Below, one piece after another: positions 1 through 8,444 of a DNA stretch of 64,000 bases. Both the position numbers and the translations under genes were made by a program. The stretch lies in contig JAVZPM010000001.1 in the NCBI GenBank assembly GCA_038881595.1, positions 192,001 through 256,000 of the forward strand. The letters run 5' to 3'. Position 1 is the stretch's first letter, and the number at the start of each line of letters is the position of its first letter. This DNA is from Candidatus Micrarchaeia archaeon (GTDB lineage Archaea; Micrarchaeota; Micrarchaeia; CABMEP01). The notes under the pieces were generated by a model, which made no database searches, had not been told where the DNA came from, and worked only from the letters and a program-made list of their open reading frames with translations.

Positions 1-173
1 GTTCCCCTCAGGCAGATGCAATCCTAGTAGATACTACCGTACTGTCTCGCGACGTACTGAACCCAACTCGTGTATCTCTTTAATGGATGAACAAACCAAC
101 CCTTGGGCGCTCCTGCACGCCCAGGATGAGATAGGTCGACAGCGATGTACCAAGCCGCGGGGTCGATATGTAC

Positions 174-218
174 GCGACAGACTAGTGATCTAACGAAGAC
201 TAAGCTGTCGCAGGGTAC
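174..218 (-). other. 23S rRNA hairpin intron/insertion, ~45 nt (helix 89 region)
   Basis: Interrupts the conserved GTCGATATGTAC|TCTCGCCCGCG; contains a GCGACAG...CTGTCGC stem; GTAC redundancy makes boundaries ambiguous by a few nt. Confidence 0.8.
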
Positions 219-240
219 TCTCGCCCGCGACGAGCCTGTT

Positions 241-337
241 TTGGGTCTTCACAGCTACAGAAAAGGACAACAAAAATACGATATGAATATCGGAGAGGAG
301 TGTATGTCCAAGGTGATGTGGTGCAACTGAGAAGATT
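241..337 (-). other. 23S rRNA intron, 97 nt, at ~E. coli 2449-2451
   Basis: Splits GGGGGU^AACAGGC of the peptidyl-transferase loop; terminal stem TCTTC/GAAGA. Confidence 0.88.
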
Positions 338-476
338 ACCCCCGAGGTAACTTGTCTGACAGACTGAGCCCTTAACAAAAGGATTTCAGTGTTCGTTAAG
401 CCCGGCTTTCGCCTCTGCGTCCCACGCTTTTAAGGACACAGTCAGCCCTGCATTTCTCTTTAACCGTCTTCACCCG

Positions 477-589
477 ACGTTCAGTGGCCGCACGATGATA
501 TGCGTCATTCGCTGTTCAACCTCATCACTAAATCGCAGTAGGATTCTGCGTCAGAGGTTGTTCATTATATCATCCGCCACCATGCGGTC
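477..589 (-). other. 23S rRNA intron, ~113 nt (domain V)
   Basis: Removal restores the ACCCG-ATTTCTGAC-CGGGT hairpin; the insert folds on itself (GTGGC/GCCAC, TGATAT/ATATCA, CAACCTC/GAGGTTG). Confidence 0.8.
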
Positions 590-1761
590 ATTTCTGACCG
601 GGTTGAGCAGAGCTTTGGGCGCCCTTATTTCCTTATTGAGGGCGTACTGCCCCAGCCAAACTATCCACCTGCCGCTGTCCCCTTTCAGGTAAGAAACACA
701 AGAATTGAAGAGTGGTGTTACACTTTCGCATCCACCTCAGCCGCAACCGAGGTTTCTACGCTCCCACTTACTCTCTGCAACAATCCCTGAGTTCCAACAA
801 CAGGCTATAGTAAAGTTCTACGGGGTCTTCGTTTCCCACTAGGATTCCTCCGCATATTCACGGAGCAGTGAGTTCACTAGGTCCCTCGTTGGGACAGTGG
901 GAGAGTCGTTATGCCCTTCATGCAAGTCGCCAATTAAGCGACGAGGTATTACGCTACCTTAAGAGGATCAGAGTTATCCCCGCTCTTCGCCAGCCCTTAG
1001 ATCTCTTGAACGAGATTTTCGGGTACTGGTAGTGAGCAGGCATCGGCAACCATACAAGACCTTACGATTTTGCGGTTACCTGTGTTTTTGATAAACAGTC
1101 GCTCTCCCCTTGTTACTGAGACCTGCACATGCACCTTAAGATACAAGCGCAGGCAACCCTTCTACCGAAGATACGGGTCTAATTTGCCGAATTCCCTAAC
1201 GAGAGTTCCCCTACCACGCCTAAGCCTTTTCAGCTAGCCACACTTGTACTAGTTCTAGGTACGGTCATAGTGGATCGGATAGGAACACTTTTCACGGGTC
1301 CAAGGCCTCAACAGAACCCCCAAACGAGGGCTATTCGCGCCTTATACTGCTTCTCCTCATAACGAGACTCCACAGTACTATGTCGCTTAAACAGGGTCTC
1401 CCCTGCTCTGCCTAGCCTCAGACGTCATGTTCCTACCTTGCGTTGCCGCGTCTACCACTATGGTACAGGAATATTAACCTGTTTCCCATTCGTCTCCTAG
1501 TAATTAGCTGGAGCCTTAGGACCGACTAACTCTTGGCTGACGAACGTTGCCAAGAAAACCGTGGGCTTTCGGCGTACTGGATTCTCACCAGTATTTGCTG
1601 CTACTAACTCCAGGATATTTATTGCAATACGGTCCATTGGAGCTCACACCCCAACTTCTCTCCGTACCGCACACCTCCCTACCGGATCACACCTTTCGGG
1701 TGTGCCCTTGGGTCTCAGCATCCAGCTTTAGTCCCGTACATTTTCGGCCTGTATATTTCTC

Positions 1762-1779
1762 CCAACAAATGTTGGTGTC
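1762..1779 (-). other. 18-nt mini-insertion in 23S rRNA beside the GTPase-associated region
   Basis: CCAAC-AAAT-GTTGG hairpin inserted in TC|GGACGGTCCGC relative to the archaeal consensus as I recall it. Confidence 0.55.
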
Positions 1780-3032
1780 GGACGGTCCGCTATTACGCGT
1801 TGCTTAGACGATGGCTGCTTCTAAGCCTACGTCCCGTCTGTCTAGAAATATACATTCCTTGTGGCTTCACACTTAGCTGGAATTTAGGGGCTTTAACCCA
1901 AGACTCGTTCGTTCACGTCACGGCTCGCTAGCTTACCCAGCGAAACCCGACTCCCTGCTTCTACGATGATTGTAGATTCGGAGTTTGACAAGAAAGCAGG
2001 CTCTTTCGAACCTATTCTTTCTAATCAGTGCTCTACCCCACAATCCATCTCCACAGGGGTCATCCTGAGGGATGCTTCGGGAGGAACCCGCTATCGCGGT
2101 GCTCGATTGGACTTTCACCCCTACACAGGAGTCACCTAAGCAGATATACTAGCACTAGTTGCGGCCCTCCACCAGTCGTTAGACCGGCTTCAGCCTGCTC
2201 CAGTGTAGATCGCAACCGTTTCGGGTCAGATAATAGTGACTAAACGCACTTTCGTACGATGCACCTCGTTCAGCACTGCGTGCAATTCGCTTTCGCTCCG
2301 CCTTTCGGCTCGCCACTACTATCTACTCCCTGGATCTTGATTCGAGAAGTACGATACGATACTGGTCCAGAGTCATCGTACAACAGCATTGCTGCTGCTT
2401 CCTTTTGACTCCTTCGTCCCTTTCATACCGTATCAACCTGTGACCATTCAGTTTCAGGCACTTTTAACTCCCATTTCTGGGTTCTTTTCAGCGTTCGCTC
2501 ACGCTACTAATCCGCTATCGGTCTTGGTTACCTGTTTAGAATTGGATGTTGCTCCACCCATCTTCATACTGGATTACCAACCAGTATTACTCTTTTCGTC
2601 TCCCTCCTTCACCTTTTGCTTACGGGGCTCTCACCCTGTGTCGCGCAGCATTCCAGCTGACTTCAGCTCCAGTAAAGGATGGTTGAGACGCCCACATCTC
2701 CTGTACATTACTGCACAGGATTCAGTTTGTTCTCTCCGGCTTTCGCTCGCCGTTACTAACCGGATCCCGATTGGTTTCTCTTCCTGCGGCTACTAAGATG
2801 TTTCAATTCACCGCGTGTTTACCTGTCTCCAGGCACACAGAGATCGACGGATCAACGCTTGCTTGCAGCTACCCGTCGCTTATCGCAGCTTGCCACGTCT
2901 GCTTGAAAACCAAGCCTAGCCATCCCCTGAATGGCGTAGCACTCACAAATACAGTGATTATCACTGCTTCGTGTCTTTCACTCAAACATATATTCGCATG
3001 ATGCACGCATCATCCATTCGGAAGACGCGTTA

Positions 3033-3209
3033 TGGACTCGGCGTGAATTACGCACAGCCTCCTCTTAGGAGACCACGTTTCGAACACGCAGCCTCCTCCT
3101 ATCTTGGAAACTTTCTTATAAAGAAAGTTTCATCAAAGAAGTCTTGATGAAACTTCTTTCCTAAGAAAGTTCTTGCAAAGGAGGCGCTCTACCATTGAGC
3201 TACGAGCCC
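3033..3209 (-). tRNA. tRNA-Ala(TGC) in 16S-23S spacer; introns at 37/38 (3101-3173) and in the T-loop (~3048-3079)
   Basis: GGGCTCG/CGAGTCC acceptor stem, CCTCC-TT-TGC-A^A-GGAGG anticodon arm, GCGTG-TTCGA^TT-CACGC T arm after removing both inserts. Confidence 0.92.
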
Positions 3210-3212
3210 ATG

Positions 3213-3262
3213 ATCTATACTTCAGAATTCAATTACAACATTCCGTGCCTTGCTTGATGCGC
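3213..3262 (-). other. 3' arm of the 16S pre-rRNA processing stem
   Basis: TATACTTCAGAATTC (3216-3230) is complementary to GAATTCTGAAGTATA (6388-6402); the adjacent segment forms a 3-4-3 bulge-helix-bulge. Confidence 0.8.
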
Positions 3263-3448
3263 TATGATTATAATTCATAACTAAATGGAATTGTGCACAC
3301 TTGAAACCAATTTAATTAATAAATTGGAGGTGATCTATCCGCAGGTTCCCCTACGGATACCTTGTTACGACTTAGCCCCCCTCATAAAAACTTGGCTCGA
3401 TACCATCAGTTTCCCAATAGTGCCTCACCAAGTTCTCACTTGGGTGAC

Positions 3449-3489
<41 letters not shown>

Positions 3490-3643
3490 CACGATTGTGA
3501 CATGCGATTACTAGGCATTCCAGCTTCATGAGGGCGAGTTTCAGCCCTCAATCCGGACTTAGATTGGGTTTGGGGATTAGCTTCTCCTCTCGGAGTTGCA
3601 GCCCATTGTCCCAACCATTGTAGGCCACGTGTAGCCCGGGAGA

Positions 3644-4411
3644 TTAGGGCCATACTGACTTCGGTTGATTGTTGGTCAAATAAGTATAAAGTTCCTTTTC
3701 ATTTTTAAATATTAAATCAAAAGGACCTTTTAATTCTTCAACATCTGTTTTCTGCAAAGGTAATTTAGTTTCGATAACAGCTATAAGTTTTATATCACCT
3801 TTAACAAATTTTAGTTTATATCCTTGATATGCCAATTCTTTGATTTTCATCGTCTGTTCTCTCCGTTTAAAGGTTTCAAGACGTTTGCATTCAATTGCAA
3901 TGTTCAAGTCTTGTAAATAAAAATCAACAATAGACTTTTTTGTGATCGGATAATTGGTTTTGAAACGTATGCCAACACTTTCTAATATTTGAGCGATTTC
4001 ATTTTCTTGTTTTGTGCATTTTCTGGAGTTTGCAGCTACCAAGGCTCCTTTAATCCGCGCCTCATCTGCTTTCTCATTTTTATTTGCTCCAAACCATCCT
4101 TTTGATTCAGACAACGATCTTTCAAAACTCTGTAAGATTTTAGATTTTGAGATTTCAGTGTTTCTAAGTTTATCTAGAATTTTCATCGCTGTCTTTTCTT
4201 GCATTCTTTTTATTTTTCCTGTTTCATATTTGCTAACATTCTTATTCATTCCAATGAATTTCTCAAATGATGTTTGAGAAAGTCCAATCGAAAGTCTAAA
4301 TAAAAGCAAATATTTAGGATTTTCTGTAATAGCTTTTAAAGGGTCGCTTGTTTTGATAAATTCATCATACAACTCTAAGAGTTTTTCTTTCGTTATCTGA
4401 ATTTTTGGCAT
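3644..4411 (-). CDS. Intron-encoded HTH + PD-(D/E)XK (Vsr/DUF559-like) putative homing endonuclease
   Basis: Xre-like HTH (RLSIGLSQTSFEKFIG...VSKYETG) and nuclease segment TKQENEIAQIL...VDFYL...IAIECK; ATG at 4411; stop codon lies in the exon. Confidence 0.75.
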   Translation of the reverse strand: MPKIQITKEKLLELYDEFIKTSDPLKAITENPKYLLLFRLSIGLSQTSFEKFIGMNKNVSKYETGKIKRMQEKTAMKILDKLRNTEISKSKILQSFERSLSESKGWFGANKNEKADEARIKGALVAANSRKCTKQENEIAQILESVGIRFKTNYPITKKSIVDFYLQDLNIAIECKRLETFKRREQTMKIKELAYQGYKLKFVKGDIKLIAVIETKLPLQKTDVEELKGPFDLIFKNEKELYTYLTNNQPKSVWP

Positions 4412-4459
4412 GTATTTATTACAGAGCAAGCGTTTAAAAGATTACTGACCAACAACCAT
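3660..4459 (-). mobile_element. 16S rRNA intron (800 nt, ~E. coli 1196-1197) carrying an endonuclease ORF
   Basis: Interrupts GACGGTA(G/A)GTCAGTATG; terminal inverted repeat GTTGGTCA/TGACCAAC; AT-rich interior. Confidence 0.9.
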
Positions 4460-4738
4460 CTACCGTCGCCCTCTCCTTCCTCTGTTTTAACAACAGCGGT
4501 CTCCTTAGAGTGCCTTCAATCCGGAGATTGAAGTAGCAACTAAGGACGAGGGTCTCGCTCGTTGCTGGACTTAACCAGACAGTTCACACCACGAGCTGAC
4601 GATGGCCATGCAGCACCTCTCGGCTTGTCAGGTAAGATCTTTAGTCTGACCTTCATCCTGCCGTCGCTCCCGGTAATATTCCCGGCGTTGAATCCAATTA
4701 AACCGCAGCCTCCACGCCTTGTGGTGCTCCCCCGCCAA

Positions 4739-5338
4739 TTCAGGAGAGTGAAGCAATAAGTTTTTTCATTCTATCATATTTTTCTTTATTACGACTTTTA
4801 ATATAAGCATAAAATTTTCTGATTCCATCCTTTCTAGTTATTCTAATCTGCCAAATTTGACTTGTATAAGTCAAATTTGTTGTTTTTATACCTTGAGTTA
4901 AGAGAAATTCCTTTATGAATTCAAGTGTTTCTTTACACTTTTGACTAAATGAGATATATTTTTGAGTTGCAAAGTCTGGATCTTTAGGTAATCCACCATC
5001 TGCATCCCAGAAGCCACTTACATATTCCCATTTTTCTTCATCCGTTCCTTTTTTTACATTATTTGGCGTCATCCAATTTTTTTGTGGTTTTTTATATTCG
5101 CAATCTTTTATCATTTGTTGAATAATTTTCTTGTTGTTCAATCTTAAAAGATTGCCGGAAATCTTGGGTTTTACATTATAATTTTCAGAAATTATCTTAG
5201 CGACTTCATAGAGCCATTCGCTATGCTTCTGGTAAATTCTTAATGCGTAATTTTTACCTTCTCTTATATCGAAATTTCCATCTCGTAAGGCACCCATTAG
5301 ATAAAAAATACTTTTATTTTTCATATTACTTCACTCCT
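4739..5338 (-). mobile_element. 16S rRNA intron (600 nt, ~E. coli 917-919) with LAGLIDADG ORF
   Basis: Interrupts AAACTTAAAGGAA^TTGGCGG; terminal stem GAGTGAAG/CTTCACTC; boundary ambiguous by 2 nt. Confidence 0.92.
4740..5324 (-). CDS. Double-motif LAGLIDADG homing endonuclease
   Basis: Motifs YLMGALRDG and YVSGFWDADG; AGGAGTGA SD-like sequence upstream. Confidence 0.9.
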   Translation of the reverse strand: MKNKSIFYLMGALRDGNFDIREGKNYALRIYQKHSEWLYEVAKIISENYNVKPKISGNLLRLNNKKIIQQMIKDCEYKKPQKNWMTPNNVKKGTDEEKWEYVSGFWDADGGLPKDPDFATQKYISFSQKCKETLEFIKEFLLTQGIKTTNLTYTSQIWQIRITRKDGIRKFYAYIKSRNKEKYDRMKKLIASLS

Positions 5339-5740
5339 TTCCTTTAAGTTTTAAGCTTGCGCTCGTACTCCCCAGGTGGCGGACTTAACGCCTACGCTAC
5401 GGCACTGCCATAACCCTAAGTTACGGCAACACCTAGGTCCGCATCATTTACTGCTAGGGCTACACGGGTATCTAATCCGTTTCGTTCTCCTAGCCTTCGC
5501 ACCTCACCGTCAGACATGTTTTAGCCAGACGCCTTCGCCGCTGGGGGTCCGTACAGGATTAACGGATTTTACCCCTACTCTGTACGTACCTCTGGCCTCC
5601 CCCATTCTCAAGCCTGTTAGTATTCTCTGCACGCCCCTCAGTTAGGCTGAAGGATTTCACAGAGAACACAACAAGCCAGCTACGTGCGCTTTAGACCCAA
5701 TATACGTGGGTACCACTCGGGCCGCCAGTATTACCGCGGC

Positions 5741-5777
5741 TTCCAGTCTAATAACATAACGTGCAATGTTATTAGAA
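5741..5777 (-). other. 16S rRNA hairpin intron, 37 nt, ~E. coli 522-523
   Basis: TCTAATAACAT/ATGTTATTAGA 11-bp stem inserted within GTGCCAGC(C/A)GCCGCGGTAA. Confidence 0.88.
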
Positions 5778-6340
5778 GGCTGGCACTGGTCTTACCCGGC
5801 CCTTATTCCCCCTGCTATTTACACAGAGGAAAAGACTCTCCGAAGAGAGCCACTCAGAATCCCCTTGTCACGCTTTCGCGCATTGCAAAATTTTCGCGCC
5901 TGCTGCATCCCGTAGGACTAGGGCCCTTGTCTCAGTGCCCTTCTGGGGGCTCCAACTCCCATTGCCCCTACCGATTATCGGTTTGGTGAGCCGTTACCTC
6001 ACCAACTGCCTAATCGGCCGCAGTCCCATCCTTAAGCCCGCTAGATACAATTCTCTAGCAGATTTAAACCAGGGGTCGTTCCAGATCCCCAGGCCTATAG
6101 GGTATTATCCTCAGTTTCCCGAGGTTATCCCCTTCTTAAGGTTAGGTTGACTACGTGTTACTCAGCCGTACGCCACGACACCATAAGATGTCGTCGACTT
6201 GCATGGCTTAGTCGGATTCTGATAGCAGTACCCTCCAGCAGGATCAACTGGAAATGCTGTATCCTTCCTTTCTGTGTGAATCACACTAGAGTGTGATGCC
6301 AGCTCCACAGAAATTCAGAATACAGACTACGTATTGTACT

Positions 6341-6404
6341 GCGCATTCAAGCTTACTCTTAGCGAGTGAGCACAGAATGTCCTTGCTGAATTCTGAAGTA
6401 TATC
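6341..6404 (-). other. 5' arm of the 16S pre-rRNA processing stem
   Basis: Complementary to 3213-3262. Confidence 0.75.
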
Positions 6405-6539
6405 AAACCTGAATATACATCTCAGGTTCTCATGAATAGAGACTATATGCCCTAGTGGAATTTCAATTCATTGCGCGAGAAATAGATTCGCACTCCTCTT
6501 TGCCGTGCTAAGGCGGTAAGATATATTATGTAATTAAGA

Positions 6540-6553
6540 TTTATAAATGTTTC
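6540..6553 (-). promoter_or_regulatory. Putative rRNA operon promoter (BRE/TATA)
   Basis: GAAACATTTATAAA on the minus strand, ~25 nt before the GC-rich leader begins. Confidence 0.55.
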
Positions 6554-6571
6554 TATAGTCTGATATCACAT

Positions 6572-7936
6572 CTACATGCTCTCAAAATTCAGATATTCTT
6601 TCTTCTTCTTATTAGTTAAATTAGCGATTATAGAGATAGGAAACTGCATGATCATATTGTTGTATCTTACAACAGTGTTGTTGTAGAATTCTCTTGTAGA
6701 TGCTATCCTTTCTTCTGTATCAGTTATTTCTAACATTAGTTTATTGAAGTTTTCTGACGCTTTCAATTTAGGATAGTTTTCTATGTTTAAAATTATTGAA
6801 GTTTTTTGCAATCCTTCTTTAGGTGTATCTGAAAACACAGTATTAACTCTTGTTTGTGCAAGAAGTGTTTGCATCATATTTTCATATTCTTTGTATCCTT
6901 TTACTATGTTAACAAGATTAGGTATTAATTCAGATCTTCTTTTTAATTCTACATCAATAGTGCTTAATGCATTCTTGCATCTTTCTTCTAATTCGATTAT
7001 TCTATTGTATATAGTGAATGCAGCTGTTCCTATAATCATTCCATTTCCTATTATGAACGCTGGCCATAGTATTAAAGGATTTAAAATATTCAGAAGATTA
7101 AGAAAAGCAAGAAATAACGAATATCCGATTGCAATCAGGATATGAGAGAAAAGTATAATCGGTTCTCCTTTTCTGAATTCATTAAGATATTCTTCCTTGC
7201 TTTTTAAGCTTACTATCAAAGGCCAGTCCTTGTCTTCTTTTAGAACCAGTTCTCCATCTTTGTGTACCATTCCTACAACATATACCTTACTTCCTGGAGT
7301 TAATACAAATTCAGATATTCTTATTTTTTTTCTCATTATAAGAGGAATAGCTCCTTCCTGTACTAATTCTTTCCGCAAAACTGTGAATGTACCATCCACT
7401 TCGCTATATACTTGTTTTTCATTTTTCATAAAATTCAAAAAGCCAGGAAGAGGATAGGAGCTGTTATCTCTATCTACTCCATTTAAATCTATTCTTATCT
7501 TATTTCCTCTTCTGTCTTTTAAATAAAAAGGAACAAAGTCCATTTTATTTTCTTTAATTTCCCAACTATAACTTTTTCCACGCTTAACATATTCTTCTAC
7601 AATATAATGGTAATATACGCAAGGAGTATTGGTATTAGGAGAATTAATCGTTTTTTCACTTTCTATTATTCCTTCTCCAGAAAAAGGAACGGAATCGGTT
7701 GCTTCATTAGCATCAAGTAAAGGAAGTCTTTCTATCTTAAAAATTAAATCATCCATCTTTTTGTAAAGATTTCTGAAATAAAGAGTGGGAATTACGAAAA
7801 GAAAAGATAAAATAAGACACTTATAAGCGATATCAGAGATAGTAAGAAATCCTTCCTTGCCCATATTATGAATTACAACGAGTATGGATAAAACCACTAT
7901 AAATCCCAAGTAGTGAGAGAAATTAATTCTTTCCAT
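6572..7936 (-). CDS. Membrane protein with GIDE-like domain fused to a LemA domain
   Basis: SPNTNTPCVYYHY..EE...PFYL.D segment; C-terminal IDVELKRRSELIPNLV...ENYPKLKASENF...YN LemA signature. Confidence 0.7.
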   Translation of the reverse strand: MERINFSHYLGFIVVLSILVVIHNMGKEGFLTISDIAYKCLILSFLFVIPTLYFRNLYKKMDDLIFKIERLPLLDANEATDSVPFSGEGIIESEKTINSPNTNTPCVYYHYIVEEYVKRGKSYSWEIKENKMDFVPFYLKDRRGNKIRIDLNGVDRDNSSYPLPGFLNFMKNEKQVYSEVDGTFTVLRKELVQEGAIPLIMRKKIRISEFVLTPGSKVYVVGMVHKDGELVLKEDKDWPLIVSLKSKEEYLNEFRKGEPIILFSHILIAIGYSLFLAFLNLLNILNPLILWPAFIIGNGMIIGTAAFTIYNRIIELEERCKNALSTIDVELKRRSELIPNLVNIVKGYKEYENMMQTLLAQTRVNTVFSDTPKEGLQKTSIILNIENYPKLKASENFNKLMLEITDTEERIASTREFYNNTVVRYNNMIMQFPISIIANLTNKKKKEYLNFESM

Positions 7937-7986
7937 TATTCCATTTACAGATATATATTAATAAATTTTCTTAGTAATTCTTATTT

Positions 7987-8433
7987 ATGAAACTAACAAA
8001 AGATCTTGCAGAACTGATTGGGTTCTGGAAGATGAGGAGAACCATTAAAGGTGTGGGAGTAATAGGCAATGTTTCAGTTCAGGAAAAATTTATTAAAAAA
8101 GTACTTGAACTTAAACTAGTTCCACCAGAAAAGATAGTTGCAAATGAAAAGGCTGCATGGTTTTCTCATATAAAGATTAAAAATTTCTTTGAAAAAACAG
8201 TAAAAAATCAGGCTGAGATTTTTGATAGAAAAAACAACATTACAGCTGCTTACTTGAGAGGAATGTATGAAAGCACAGGAGATGGAGATATAATAAAAAA
8301 CGCAACCTTTCAAGACCAACTATTAATTGAAAGATTAGGCTTCACAACAAAAAAGAAAGGAAAAGACATCTGGATAAGAGATATAGATAGGTTTAAGGAG
8401 TTTATTTACAATTTGCCAAAACATCAATCATAA
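7987..8433 (+). CDS. Free-standing degenerate LAGLIDADG-like protein
   Basis: LTKDLAELIG and AAYLRGMYESTG helices resemble two LAGLIDADG motifs without the canonical DG ends. Confidence 0.5.
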   Translation: MKLTKDLAELIGFWKMRRTIKGVGVIGNVSVQEKFIKKVLELKLVPPEKIVANEKAAWFSHIKIKNFFEKTVKNQAEIFDRKNNITAAYLRGMYESTGDGDIIKNATFQDQLLIERLGFTTKKKGKDIWIRDIDRFKEFIYNLPKHQS

Positions 8434-8444
8434 GAGGTATCAAA

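Larger units (their letters stand above)
1..2935 (-). rRNA. rrl: 23S rRNA (3' end outside window), with four intervening sequences
   Basis: Reverse complement carries conserved LSU motifs (e.g. ACGCTACCTTAAGAGG ~951, GGCTGCTTCTAAGCC ~1813, peptidyl-transferase-centre segment 120-360). 5' end is approximate. Confidence 0.97.

Noticed and set aside
6040..6059. GCTAGA...TCTAGC hairpin in 16S as a fourth intron
   Set aside because: Falls in a naturally length-variable helix of the 5' domain; no conserved motif is interrupted.
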